From the NCBI GenBank assembly GCA_000826855.1, contig JTLS01000274.1:1-33407 (forward strand): DNA of 33,407 nucleotides, in the 5' to 3' direction. This document shows, piece by piece, positions 11,447-22,171 of the stretch (the stretch's first letter is position 1; every line of letters begins with the position of its first letter). The notes beneath the pieces were generated by a model. That model did no database searches. It worked only from the letters and a program-made list of their open reading frames with translations, and was not told the origin of the DNA. The DNA is from Basidioascus undulatus (Eukaryota). The position numbers were made by a program, and so were the translations under genes.

Positions 11447-12107
11447 TCAGAAGATAGCCCTCACAAGGCCCCCACCGATAGCCGCGCCTGCCCCGAACCC
11501 GGCCCCCTGCACCGCGCTGTCGCCCGCCTTGCTCCCGAACTTCTGCCACTTGCTCTTCTCCTGCGGCTGCCCGGGCGCGGGCGGCGGCGGCTGGCCCATC
11601 TGCGCGCGGAGCATGGCCTCGAGCTGGGCTGCGTGCGACCCCACCCATATCTTCAGCATCATACGCCTCACGAGAATTAGGACAGAACGAAGTGAAGACG
11701 CACCAATCTTGTCCTCCATTTCCCTCAATCGCTTCCCCCTCGGCTCGGGCTTCTTGCGCCCCGCGTAGACCGGCTCGGGGTCGTACACGCATTCGACGCT
11801 GCCCGTGAAGGACGGGTCGGCCGCGAGGCGCAGCTGGTGCGACTTAATGCACGTCGCGCATGCTGGGCGGACGGCGTCGCATTTCTGGGGGTGGGGACAA
11901 GGGGTGAGTCAGTCGGAGGAGCAAGGGTGCTGGTGAGTGGACTGTGCCTGGTGTAGTCCTCCGTTCCCCTTGCTTCCATCCCCCCTCGCAGGTCCGCTCT
12001 CACGACCAATACACAGTACAGACACTCACGAGCTTCCTCTTCCGACATGTCAAGCAGGCCTTGTTCCGCTTGAGCGCGTAAGGCTCCTCCGTCGGCGACT
12101 TCGGCAT
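11447..12107 (-). CDS. Small (146 aa) Zn(II)2Cys6 zinc-cluster protein with short coiled coil and Gly-rich hydrophobic C-terminal tail
   Basis: Exons 12107-12030, 11884-11704, 11628-11447 total 441 nt with canonical GTGAGT/GTGCGT donors and CAG acceptors. Sequence: ACLTCRKRKL|KCDAVRPACATC-x19-CVY, then LREMEDKI|AQLEAMLR, then KFGSKAGDSAVQGAGFGAGAAIGGGLVRAIF*. Confidence 0.9.
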
Positions 12108-13415
12108 CGTGATCCACCGATGGTCGAGCGGCCGAGCGATAAGGAGCGTGAGCGGCCTGGTGTACGAGTTCAAGGGGAGCCTCGCGCGCAGGAGACGGCT
12201 GAGGAAGGATCGGTCAAGGATAGGATGCCCGCCTGCCAAGCTGCTGCGGAGATTATCGAAATGTGTAGATGCTGATGCTGAGCAAAGCCAAAGCAAGGCG
12301 GTGAATGCAAGAAGGTGTGCTGGGAGTACTGTGCCGATGCGGACGCGTTCAGTTCAGCCGCTGACAGCCATCCCCGAGGCCTGAGACAGTGGACACACTG
12401 ACAGACTGACAGGCCCTTCGAGTCCTCCTCCAGCTCTGTTTTTCTCTCCCTCATTCTCTACAGAAATCCCAAGTGTTGATTTTGCCTGGCCCCCTATACT
12501 GTGTGTCTTGGAAAGTCCTCGAGGATACTCCAATGTTAAAGCGCGGGCAAATCCGACTCGGAGGATCTTGGGGGCTCACCCCTCTCAAGCTCCTACGTCT
12601 TCTTTCCGACCGCACTCACCCTCAATCGATTTCGTATCGCGTTTTCGAGCGCTCAAACCTGACCAATGTCGCTTTAATCTCTCGTCTCGCTCCCTCCCGA
12701 GCTTCTCATCTTCGTCCGCAACGAGCTTCCGACCCTCGGCACATGCGTCGCCTTCTCGCAGACAGGCCGCCTCTGGCCTCACCAAGTATCTTCTCCAGCC
12801 TCGATCTCTTTAATAGCGAAGAAACAGCCGAAATTACAGCCGAGGGATGGATTGACTATTGCCCCCCAATCCGCTACGCTTTGACGTGTACCCGTTCGAA
12901 TGATCCCGCGTCTTGATGTTGTCTTTCTTCCGCCCTTCGGCTTTGCTCAATTCCCCATACCTCCAACGTTATGGTCTACTGGGAATTCGGACGTCCAGGC
13001 TCCGCTGTTATGCATCTTTCTTACTTTCTGTAGCACCTTTGCGTGTCAACAGCACTGTTCCACGCTGATACCCAGTCAGTCTGTGAAAGCGCAGATGCCA
13101 ACAAGGCTTCAGCCGTGGCTGCCCCTTGAGGGATGTCGTTATTTGAGGATACCGGCCATCTGAGGACAGGATACTTGCCGGCGATGTCTGAGTGCTGCTC
13201 CTTGAGCCGGGAAAAGGCGCCGGTCCTGTCGCGATCTTTGGTCTGTTTCGCCGGCTTTGTATTGCTCTAGACCTGCCTCAAACTTCATGAGATTATTTCG
13301 TCAGTTGAAAAGTTTTGTAACATGCTTGCTACTTGTGTGGTTTGGGGGCGCAGAATGCCTGCCGGTGGGAGCTTTGAAGACTGTGACGCCGAACATGCCC
13401 CGTCGGCGTCCAGTG

Positions 13416-15363
13416 AGCATAGTAGAACGGAACTGTACGAATCCAGACAATAAATAAACATGGACGCGCCTGCTGAGATATCTCTTCGTGGCGTGCAGGT
13501 CGATTCTTGTAAGGGCCGTCTACTTCACCGGCTGCCGTACAACGGATACGCCACGCACTGAACGTCGGCGAGGGATGCTGCGCAAGCGTCTCCCCTTGTG
13601 TATCCCCCCCGTGCCTCGTCGTACTGCCACTGAACAAGTCGTATAGGAACTCCTCGTAAGCGGCTCGTTGCGTTTGTACCTCCTCTGTTCCCTGACATGC
13701 CTCCGTGCATCAACTATCTTGCAACGGGATAGCGCAAGTGTCTTTCAGACTTGAAAGCGAATGTCTGGAAATCCAACGGTCCTGATACAATACAGCTTTT
13801 TGGAACCTTTTGCAGATCATCCCACTCCGCGATGCGACGGGACAGGTGCGCAGTGTGCGGCTGCCGGTCGACACAGTATTCCAAGCTGATCCACCGTTCC
13901 TCCTCCCGCCCCGCAGCTGGTTTACTTTCTAGGAGTCTGTTCTTTTCATGGATCCTAGGCTAATCGTATGGATCTTCCTCATTTTTCTCCGATCGCGCAC
14001 AGGGTCACCAACATTACCGGCACGCTGTCGTCTTCGCGAGTGAGCGGTTTACCCAACGCGCTGCATATATGCTTCGGCACATGACACTTACCTAATTCCG
14101 CAGAGCCTGGGATCCCTTCTAGGAGGTATAAGTGACGCGACTCCCCGACCAGGGCGACACCGACTCGCCGACGGTTCGGCGGCAGAAGGGCGAGATACCT
14201 GACCCCAGCACTTCCCAGCGTCCTGTCGGACTCCTCGACCCTCCACCGCTTCAGCGCTCGCGGACCGACGCAGCTGCCGGAGCCCTCGGTCCGCTGGAGA
14301 GCCGCTCGGCTGGGCTGACATTCAACGTCTCCCGCGAGGAAGGCCATATGGCGGAGCTCAAAAGCGCGTTCAAGCGAGTTTTCAGGGGCAGCAAGTGCAG
14401 AGAGGCAGACCCGCTGGCCGAGCTGGGAACCCAGAGGCTACTCGGAGCTGAGAGGTACGCAATCATTCCCATACGAAAATGGGTACCTCGGTAACTCATA
14501 ACCTCAATGGCTCGAGCAGCTTAATGGGACGTCAAGCTCGCCCTATCGAGGACCAAATCGCCTATTTCTCCCAAACCTACTCGAAGGTTAATCAACCCTC
14601 CGTTGCGGACTGCCTCCAGAACTGAACAGTTTTTCTCACCCCAGGTCCTCATTTTCAAGCGAGAGAAGCGCGAGATCATCTTCGTAACCCACGAGCTCCT
14701 CAGCTTCTTCGGCAAGTTGATCTGGACTCTTGCTCGTTCGTCAAGCTACAGACCTGCTAAACTCTCCGAATCCTACAGGCTTACCGTTTAGCACGCCCCA
14801 GCAGCTATATGCGAGGTAGTTCTGGTGGCAGGCCGTGACGCCGACCGTAACCGACTTTCTAAATTGCGTTGCGTAGCCCCCTCATCCACAGCGACCTGGT
14901 CACGCTGCTCGCGGCAGGAGATGCCCATACTACTCGCAAAATCAGGTCGAGGGTGAAGGGCGCTATCAAGGCTGGAGACCCTCTTTCGTGCGTTTTTTCA
15001 TGATCAAGCGTTTCGAGGCTTGCCTTAAGCGGCGCCTTTTTTTTCACGCTTCAGGTCGGGGGCCGCATGTTTGCGAAACTTCTGTACGCCCTTATTTGCT
15101 CATCTTCCCACACCCCCCTTATAATTGTCTCCCGCAGTAGCGAGTCTCTGGTCGACTAGATCAAACTTTGCATTCTGCACCTCACGCCGCTGCAGGTACG
15201 CACGCACGCATACGAGCCCGGCTACTCTTCTCAACTAGCCATCTTCGTCCAGAACCGGGAGGGGCAGAGCTATGCATAGGTCGGTAAGCGGTGCTAGATA
15301 TTATTGTCAACAAGATCTCTTATACCCTATGGGTCTTACCGTCTAAAAGCGATTTTCGGGTGA
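13416..15363 (+). pseudogene. LOV-domain blue-light photoreceptor (fungal LOV plus C-terminal PAS-like architecture), disrupted; 5' part probably extends to ~12740
   Basis: Spliced exons read SIVERNC|RFL*GPSTSPAAVQRIRHALNVGEGC...INYLATG*P|FWNLLQIIPLRDATGQ|LVYFLG|G(fs)TNITGTLSSSR, matching the LOV consensus GRNCRFLQG...NYRKDG.PFWNLL.I.P.RD..G...YFIG.Q. Later exons: VLIFKREKREIIFVT, LCILHLTPLQ, VAIFG*. Stops at 13510, 13730, 15157 and 15277. Confidence 0.85.
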
Positions 15364-16212
15364 GAACGAGAAGTATGGGGGCAAACGCGAAAACGGCGAC
15401 ATGCCGCGGGACGGCATTCATCTTGAACTGAATATTTCTTCTTGGTACCCTGGGTTCCTTGACGTTCGGGGTGAAAGAGCTGTAAATAATGTCTCAAGCA
15501 AACCGAGCTGTTCTACATCACGCATCGAAAGCGTGATGCATCAATGCCGAGCCTCGGAGTCCTCCGCCAGCCCAAGCAAGCTTACGCATTCGGCGAGATT
15601 GCCTCTAGAGTCTCTGCATCACGGTTGTGGGAGACAGGGAGAAGCCCTGTCTGCAACTTCAGGTTGATGAGGTGACCTGCAGCCTGCGTCTGGGCGGGGT
15701 GAACATCGAGCGAGCATAGTAAAGCGGTAGTCACGCGACGGAGGTCAGGCTGTAGGCAATATACGAGGTTCTCTTTTTTACAGAATCAGTGGCATAGTGA
15801 TGTGATGCGATGCGGCGATCAGCAACTGTTTTCGGCCTCGTCAATCCGACAATGAGCGGTAGAGCCGACAGCGAGTCGCAGTCGACGATAGTCTGAGCCA
15901 CGCAAAGCCAACAATCGTTTCGAGAAAGACAAATGATAAGCAGATGAAACCGACGTATACCCTGAAATGCCGGACCAAGACCAGAGACCATATATCAAAG
16001 ACGCATGTGAACCAAATAACCGAAAGTGCAGCAGGAAAGGAAGCGACCCAAGAGCGACACAAATCGACATTGTCGAGAAGAATGGCGGAGGGATGAGACA
16101 TGGAGAAGCGATGGGCAACATGTGATCGGTGGGCAGGGGAGCGAAGAGATGGAGCGGAGAGAGAGAGAGAGGAGGGCGGGCATTGAAGAGGGAGGAAGGA
16201 CGGCACGAACGC

Positions 16213-19200
16213 TCATGCGCTCGGGTTCTGCTTCACCGCCGGCCGGGCAGCGACGACGTTGAAGCTTGCTCGGCGAGCGTCAGGAACTGCCTTGACTCCT
16301 CCGCCCGCCATCGCCTCGGACAACGCGGGCGAGTGCTCCGCCACTTCCGCTGTCCCGGCGTTCGGCACAGAGCCGGGCAGGTGCGAAGCGGACCCAGGGG
16401 GGGACGAGGCGTCGTTCGCGAGCTTGAGCCCGGCTATGAGACCGAGCAGGTCCGCCTGCGAGCGGCTGCCGCTGCTCCCGTTCAGAGGCGCGGCGGCGTC
16501 CGTCTCGGGTGCCGGAGGAGCCGGCGCGGCAGCGAAGGATGAGGAGGTCGGCGGTGTGTCGCTCCCTGGCGCAGAGTACGACACGCTCTGGGTCGACCCG
16601 CGGCGGTTTGTGAGGCGGTCGGGCACAACAGACGGGAACGGGTATTCCTCGCTGGTGTTCTGGATGCTCGACCGACGGGCGGACGTGTCCGCGCCGCTCC
16701 CGCCGCTCCCTGCGCTGCCACTGCCGCCTTCTGCGTGCTCGACGACGCTCTCGAGGCCGAGCGAAGCGATCGATTGGGCATGATAAGGCTGCGGCTGGTG
16801 CGGAAGACTGGGGAAAGGCGGGAACATGGGGTTGTACCCGGGCGGGCCTTGCGGAGTGCCCGGAGGAAGGTGGAGAGGTGCGCCGGGCGCGGGGTTGAGG
16901 AATGGGTTGTAGTGTGTCGGCGGAGAGGCGGGACCGAGCACGCCGGGGGAGAACGGCCCGAGGCCAGGAGAGAGGAACTGGGGGAGGAGTGGAGGCGTTT
17001 GGGGGTAGGGAGGGTGGAAGAAGAACCCCGGCATGGACGGCGTCATGGGCACGCCGCGTGTCGTGTTGAGCGGGGAGAACGGCCCGCCGATCTGCATCGG
17101 CGGAAGTTGGATCGGGCCCGGGTGGGTCGCGGGAGGTCGCGACTCGGTCGGAGCGTCGTCCGCGTGCCGCTCGGCCGCGGATACGCCGTTCTGCTCTGGC
17201 TTCGGCGGGTTCGGCTTGGCGAGCTCCTCCGAAGGCGGGAGTCCGAGCCCTGTCGGTGGCACATCCGACAGGAGCGGGCTCTCGATCGGCTGCGGCGTCG
17301 GCGGGCGGGGCGCGGGCGGAGGAGGGAAGATGAACGCCGGCGACGGCGCGTAGAACGGCGAAGGGGGAAAGGGAGCCGAGCCGTCTGGCGTCAACACGCC
17401 AAAGTCGTGCGGGAACATACCCTGTGGCGGCGGCGGCGGCGGCGGAAGTGGGAGCTGCCCGCTGGTGTACATAGGGTACTCCGAGCTTGGTGACGCGAGC
17501 GGGTACGGCAGGTAGAGCCCGTGCATCGGCGGGGAGATGCCCGGCTGCCCACCGCCGCCGGGGAGCTGGTTGTACTTGTCGAAGTGGACTGCAATTGAAT
17601 GGAGTCCGATGTCAGAGGTCGCACGCTCTGCAGCGCAAGACAGGAAGACAGCGAAAGCGCACCCTTGAGCTGTCGCCCGCTGTATTCGTAGCTGTGCAAT
17701 TGCGTTTCAGCTTTCAGTCCTCCTTGGAGGACAAAGAAATTCATTTCACGACGCACCCATGGAACATGCGTACGGCGTTCGCAGCGTCTGCCTCACTCGC
17801 AAAGAGGACCGTTCCAAACCCGCGGCTGCGGCCGTCAGGACCGAGGGCGACATCGGCGCGGAGGATGTTTCCCGCCGTGCGGAAGAGGTCCTTGAGGTCC
17901 TGCCATTGAACGTGAAACGCTGCCGGAAGTCTGGGCGTAAGTCTTTGAAATGTTTGGAGCCACAGCGAGACGCAACGCACGAAGATTGCCTACAAAGAGC
18001 ACACGGCCTGCAAAATTCTGAGGTGCGGGAGAAGGACGCTGCGGGTATTGTCCAGAACCATTTAGACTGCTGCACTGCCCATCGCAACCAAACCAAGGAA
18101 AGGATGCGACTCACCCCACCCATCGGACCATGCGGACTGAGCCCCTGCCCCGGCGGCAGGGGCGGCAAGAACCCGGGTGCGGGCCCGACGATCGGCGGTG
18201 CCGACCCGCTGCCCGACGGGCTCATCGCCTTCTGCGCTGCTCCGATCGCCGGCGTACTCAAGTGTGAGAAGAGTGGAGGCGGCATCGGACCAAGGCTGCC
18301 TGGCGGTCCACGCCGCTCGGGTGCAGCGGCGGGCGGCGGCGGGTGCGGCGGCTGGGGCGAATGGATCCAGGGCGTGGGCGAGTGCGACGGCGGGGGAGGC
18401 GGATGGTGGTGCGGAGGGAGGAGGTGGGGAGGGATGGACCCGGGCGGAGCGGCCGTCGCTGCTTGGCCCGGCGGCAGAGGAAGGTCGTACTCGGGCGGAA
18501 GGCGGTCAGGGCGCACTTCGAGCGTGCGCGTTTGCCACGAGTAGCCATTGTACATCTCTGGATAAGCCAACGTAGCGTTAGCCACTTGACAAATCATTGG
18601 GATATCAAGGACAACTCACCAATCGCCTTGGCCGCGTCAATCTCGTTCCCCATCAGCACGGTGCCGTAGCCTCGGCTGCGGTTGTCCGGACCGAGCGCAA
18701 CGTCCGCCCTGAGCACCGTCCCGCTCTTTCTGAACAGGTCCTTCAAGTCCTGCCACCGAACACGGTACGGAAGCTGCCCCAAACAGCTCGTTCAGCATCT
18801 TGAACACGGCCTCCGCTACTGAGCACCCGAACGAGCCAGACAGAAACGTACATTGCCGACATAGAGCTGGGTCCGCCCGTCGCGCCCGCTCGCGCCGACA
18901 CCGCCCCCTGGCGTGCCGAGTGGGGAGCGGCCAAGAAGGGACGCGGCCGCAGCGGTAGACGAGGCGGTCGCGGCCTGGATGACGGACTCGATGTCGGAGT
19001 TGGACGGCTGGCGGGGCGGGGAGAGGGGTCGGGCAGGCGGCGCGACAGGTACGGATGCAGACTGGGTCGGCGTGCCGTGCTGCTGCAGGGATGAGGCCGA
19101 GGCGGGGCGGGGGACAGGCGAGAGCCCAGCGGGGATCTGCAGAACGCAGGCAGCCGTGGTCAGTTGGGGACCAGACGGCGCAGATGGAGCGGGGATTTGA

Positions 19201-19236
19201 CGGGATGCGCACAGGAGAGAGCGCGGAGCTCGACAT
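16213..19236 (-). CDS. Pro-rich RNA-binding protein with two RRM domains (Gbp2/Hrb1-like WQDLKDLFR signature)
   Basis: Spliced: RTQLYVGN|LPYRVRWQDLKDLFRKSGTVLRADVALGPDNRSRGYGTV...YNGYSWQTRTLEVRPD; GRVLFVGNL|PFHVQWQDLKDLFRTAGNILRADVALGPDGRSRGFGTV...YEYSGRQLK|VHFDK. Long low-complexity Pro-rich last exon; stop at 16213. Confidence 0.88.
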
Positions 19237-19748
19237 GGCTGCTAGACCGCAAAGCGATCGGCGCGGAAGCGTTGATCGAAGCGGACCGAGTCGAGAAAGG
19301 AGACTGGCGAGAACGACGAGCCGGAGTGTGCGTGCAGCTGTGCCCCTTGCGGCAGTTGATGAACAGCACACAGAGACCCTTGTAGGAACCAAAGACCCAG
19401 AGGAGAACCCAAGAACCCGAGAGAGAGAGACAGAGAGAAATGCGCAGAGCCCCGAGGAGAGGAGAGGACAAGGAGGAGAGAACACAAGATCGTGGAGCGG
19501 ACGAGGCTGGACGTGAGCCACTATGCGCGTGCGCGCCGCAGCTTACGATTCCGGCTAGACGTATGCAAGGGCACGTCCCTGGTCATGTCGGAATCTGTGA
19601 CACTGAATCATTCGAGATAGTTGTGCATGTTTCCTTGAGCGGAACGGGGGTTCAATGTTCAATTTGTACTGCCTGCACGACGTCTTGGAAGCTATACCGC
19701 CCAGCGCCACTGCAATACTAATTAATAAGTAAAGAGAGAGACTCATAA

Positions 19749-19821
19749 GCCTCGCTAGCTCAATCGGTAGAGCGTGAGACTCTTAATCTCAAGGCTGCGG
19801 GTTCGACCCCCGCGTGGGGCT
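19749..19821 (+). tRNA. tRNA-Lys, anticodon CTT, intronless
   Basis: 73-nt cloverleaf: acceptor GCCTCGC/GTGGGGC, D arm GCTC/GAGC, anticodon arm TGAGA-CTCTTAA-TCTCA, T arm GCGGG-TTCGACC-CCCGC. Confidence 0.97.
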
Positions 19822-19829
19822 TTCTTTTT
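19821..19829 (+). terminator. Pol III oligo-T terminator of tRNA-Lys
   Basis: TTTCTTTTT immediately 3' of the tRNA acceptor stem. Confidence 0.75.
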
Positions 19830-20290
19830 GATTGCACTTCTTTCTTTTGCTGATGTCCCTCGTTCCTTCTATCGCTTCTCGAGTGGGTGAGAAGGAAGGC
19901 TTTGGCTGTCTTCACCCTTTTGAGTCCACTGTTTCACCAATGGATGGAGCAATGTGAGGACTGTAAACCCCTCAATCTGCAGCCGGTAGATATACCAAGT
20001 TCTCTAGGCTCTCCCTAGGCTCAACTTGCGATCTAGCAGGTTCAAGGTGTGCTCAATAGTTTGAGGTAGATGTCACCCGAGTAGATGAAGGAATGTGAGG
20101 CCTGTACAGCCACAAAGCCGCAGCTCGCCGCCAAGTGGCCCCTGCCAGTGGCAGGTCTCCATGGAGCTCGTCTCCTCAAACCTGCATCGTCCATGCATGC
20201 ATATTAGGACGAGACAAATCAGACCGGTAACATCAGACAAAGGGGGTTAAGAATCGTCATTAAGCACAGTAGTGAAGCGCCCACACTAGT

Positions 20291-20326
20291 ACTGCAACTG
20301 CCACCGACTGCAACTGCCACCGACTG
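20291..20326. repeat. 16-bp tandem duplication
   Basis: ACTGCAACTGCCACCG twice, followed by ACTG. Confidence 0.9.
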
Positions 20327-20662
20327 TGAACAAGCACGACTTTCCACGGGTTGCCTTGCCTGTCTATGCCAATGCCTGCAATCATCAATGAATGTCCAGC
20401 CGACAATTTACCAACGACACCATTATTGATGATTTTAAGGTCAGCATCGATGCCTCTTTCCAAACCGTGTCCATGCGATTCGAGCGGGCTTCGTCGGCTC
20501 GGCACGGACGCAAGCCGGGACGCGCGTCGCCCGGATGTCCCGCGGGAGCCACTCAAGACGCTGACCATCTTCGCGCTTGCGGCTTGCCCTCAACCTCGAT
20601 CTCCTACGCTGCCCCTTTTCGCCACACGCTCACCCTCAACACCTACTCTTTCCACTCTCATC

Positions 20663-21502
20663 ATGCCTGTGCGTCGCACCGCGCTCTTGATGTCTGCATA
20701 CACTCCGGCAGGCCCGATCTGACCCCGAATCCCTCCCCTCCCGCAGCGCTCCTCCCGCTCTTCAGGCCGCCCCACCGCGTCCAAGCCCGCCTCCCACCCC
20801 ACTCCCTCCACTCAGCGCTCCGCCCACACCCAGGCTGCGCCCCCTCCCCACGCCCAGCAGCAGCAGCACTACCCTCCCCAGACCGCCGCGCCTGTCCCCC
20901 AGGCTGCCCCCGGTGGTGGCTCTGGCGGCTTCCTCAGCAACGTGCGCTCTCCCCCTTCCCAACTCCCTACCTCCAGCCCACCGCAGCTGACACTCGGAGT
21001 GGCACGGATGCAGGTCGTTGGCACCGCTGCGGGCGTCGGTATGGGCTCCGTAATCGGTGAGTTTCTATGCAGAGACAGCGACTGGAATACACAAGGCTGA
21101 ACCACGGTCCCGCTCGCTCGACAGGCCACGGCGTTTCCAACATGCTCTTCGGCGGGCGCTCGTCCGAGCCCGCCCCCGTTGAGCAGCAGCCCGCTCAGGC
21201 TGTTCAGCAACAGGAGGGCGCCAAGATGTCGTGCGATGTTCAGGCGAAGGGTGCGTCGAATTGACAAGCCAGACCTCTTCCGGCGCTCCCCGGGATACTG
21301 ATTCTTGCTTCTCCGTGATTAGACTTCACTCGCTGCCTCGAGGCGACCAACGACATGCAGTCGTGCAGTTACTACCTTGAGCAGCTGAGTACGTCGACAA
21401 TTCCCATCATCGCGCTCGATACCCACTCTCAGAGCTGACATGTGGTGCTTCTTCCTTCTCACAGAGGCTTGCCAGGCCGCTGCGTCCGCGTTCACGCACT
21501 GA
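20663..21502 (+). CDS. MIX17: Mitochondrial intermembrane-space twin CX9C protein, MIX17/CHCHD2/CHCHD10 family
   Basis: 6 exons (first coding exon is ATGCCT). MP|RSSRSSGRP basic N-terminus, GGFLSN|VVGTAAGVGMGSVI|GHGVSNMLFGG hydrophobic segment, then CDVQAK|DFTRC and CSYYLEQL|KAC (two CX9C motifs). Confidence 0.93.
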
Positions 21503-22171
21503 TCTTGGCCTCGAGGGTTGACGATGCTGGACTGGGATACACATGCATTTCAATATGACTTATCCTCCCGTGAGGGAAGACGCACCACTCGGAAAACGCT
21601 GGGTGCCGATCCGAGGTCTATCTTAGGTGGACGTAAGATCACGACTGCACAACCTTGCATCTGCCAGCATGAGGGCGAGTGTTGCTTGTCCGTATGACCT
21701 ACAAGTGGCAGTTCCCGTCGCTGAGAAGGTTGAATGTCGTTTCTCGCCACAGAACGCGTGCGCATTCCACAACGGAGACCTATTTGTGTGCTTTCTGCGA
21801 TTGACGATTTGTCAGCAGATGTTTGTTCTGCGTTTCTGTGTTCACTTTGCTTTTAGAGGCGTAGAGACAGCGCCACACGAATCTCGTCTACTAGCCTGCC
21901 TACCAGGCAGCGACTCAGCTTCTGAAGAGGCAAGCCGAGAAGGGGGTGTCAGCATGGAGACAGAGGACGCTGAGAAAATCAACGTCAATGCATTCCTAAC
22001 CACAGCGCTGGGACGACGGTACAAGTCCCCAGCGGGCAAGTCAAGCTTCTCAAGCCGAAGGCGACGTCCCCTCCCTCCTCGCCGGCGTCCCGAATGACAC
22101 ACCCCCTCTGCCTCCTGTCCGTCTTCTCAGCGGTGTAGAAGCCGCCGGTCCGCAACCGGCCTGTCCACCTC

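Noticed and set aside
16259..18544. Long plus-strand ORFs (174, 252, 261 aa)
   Set aside because: Antisense shadows of the GC-rich RRM gene exons.
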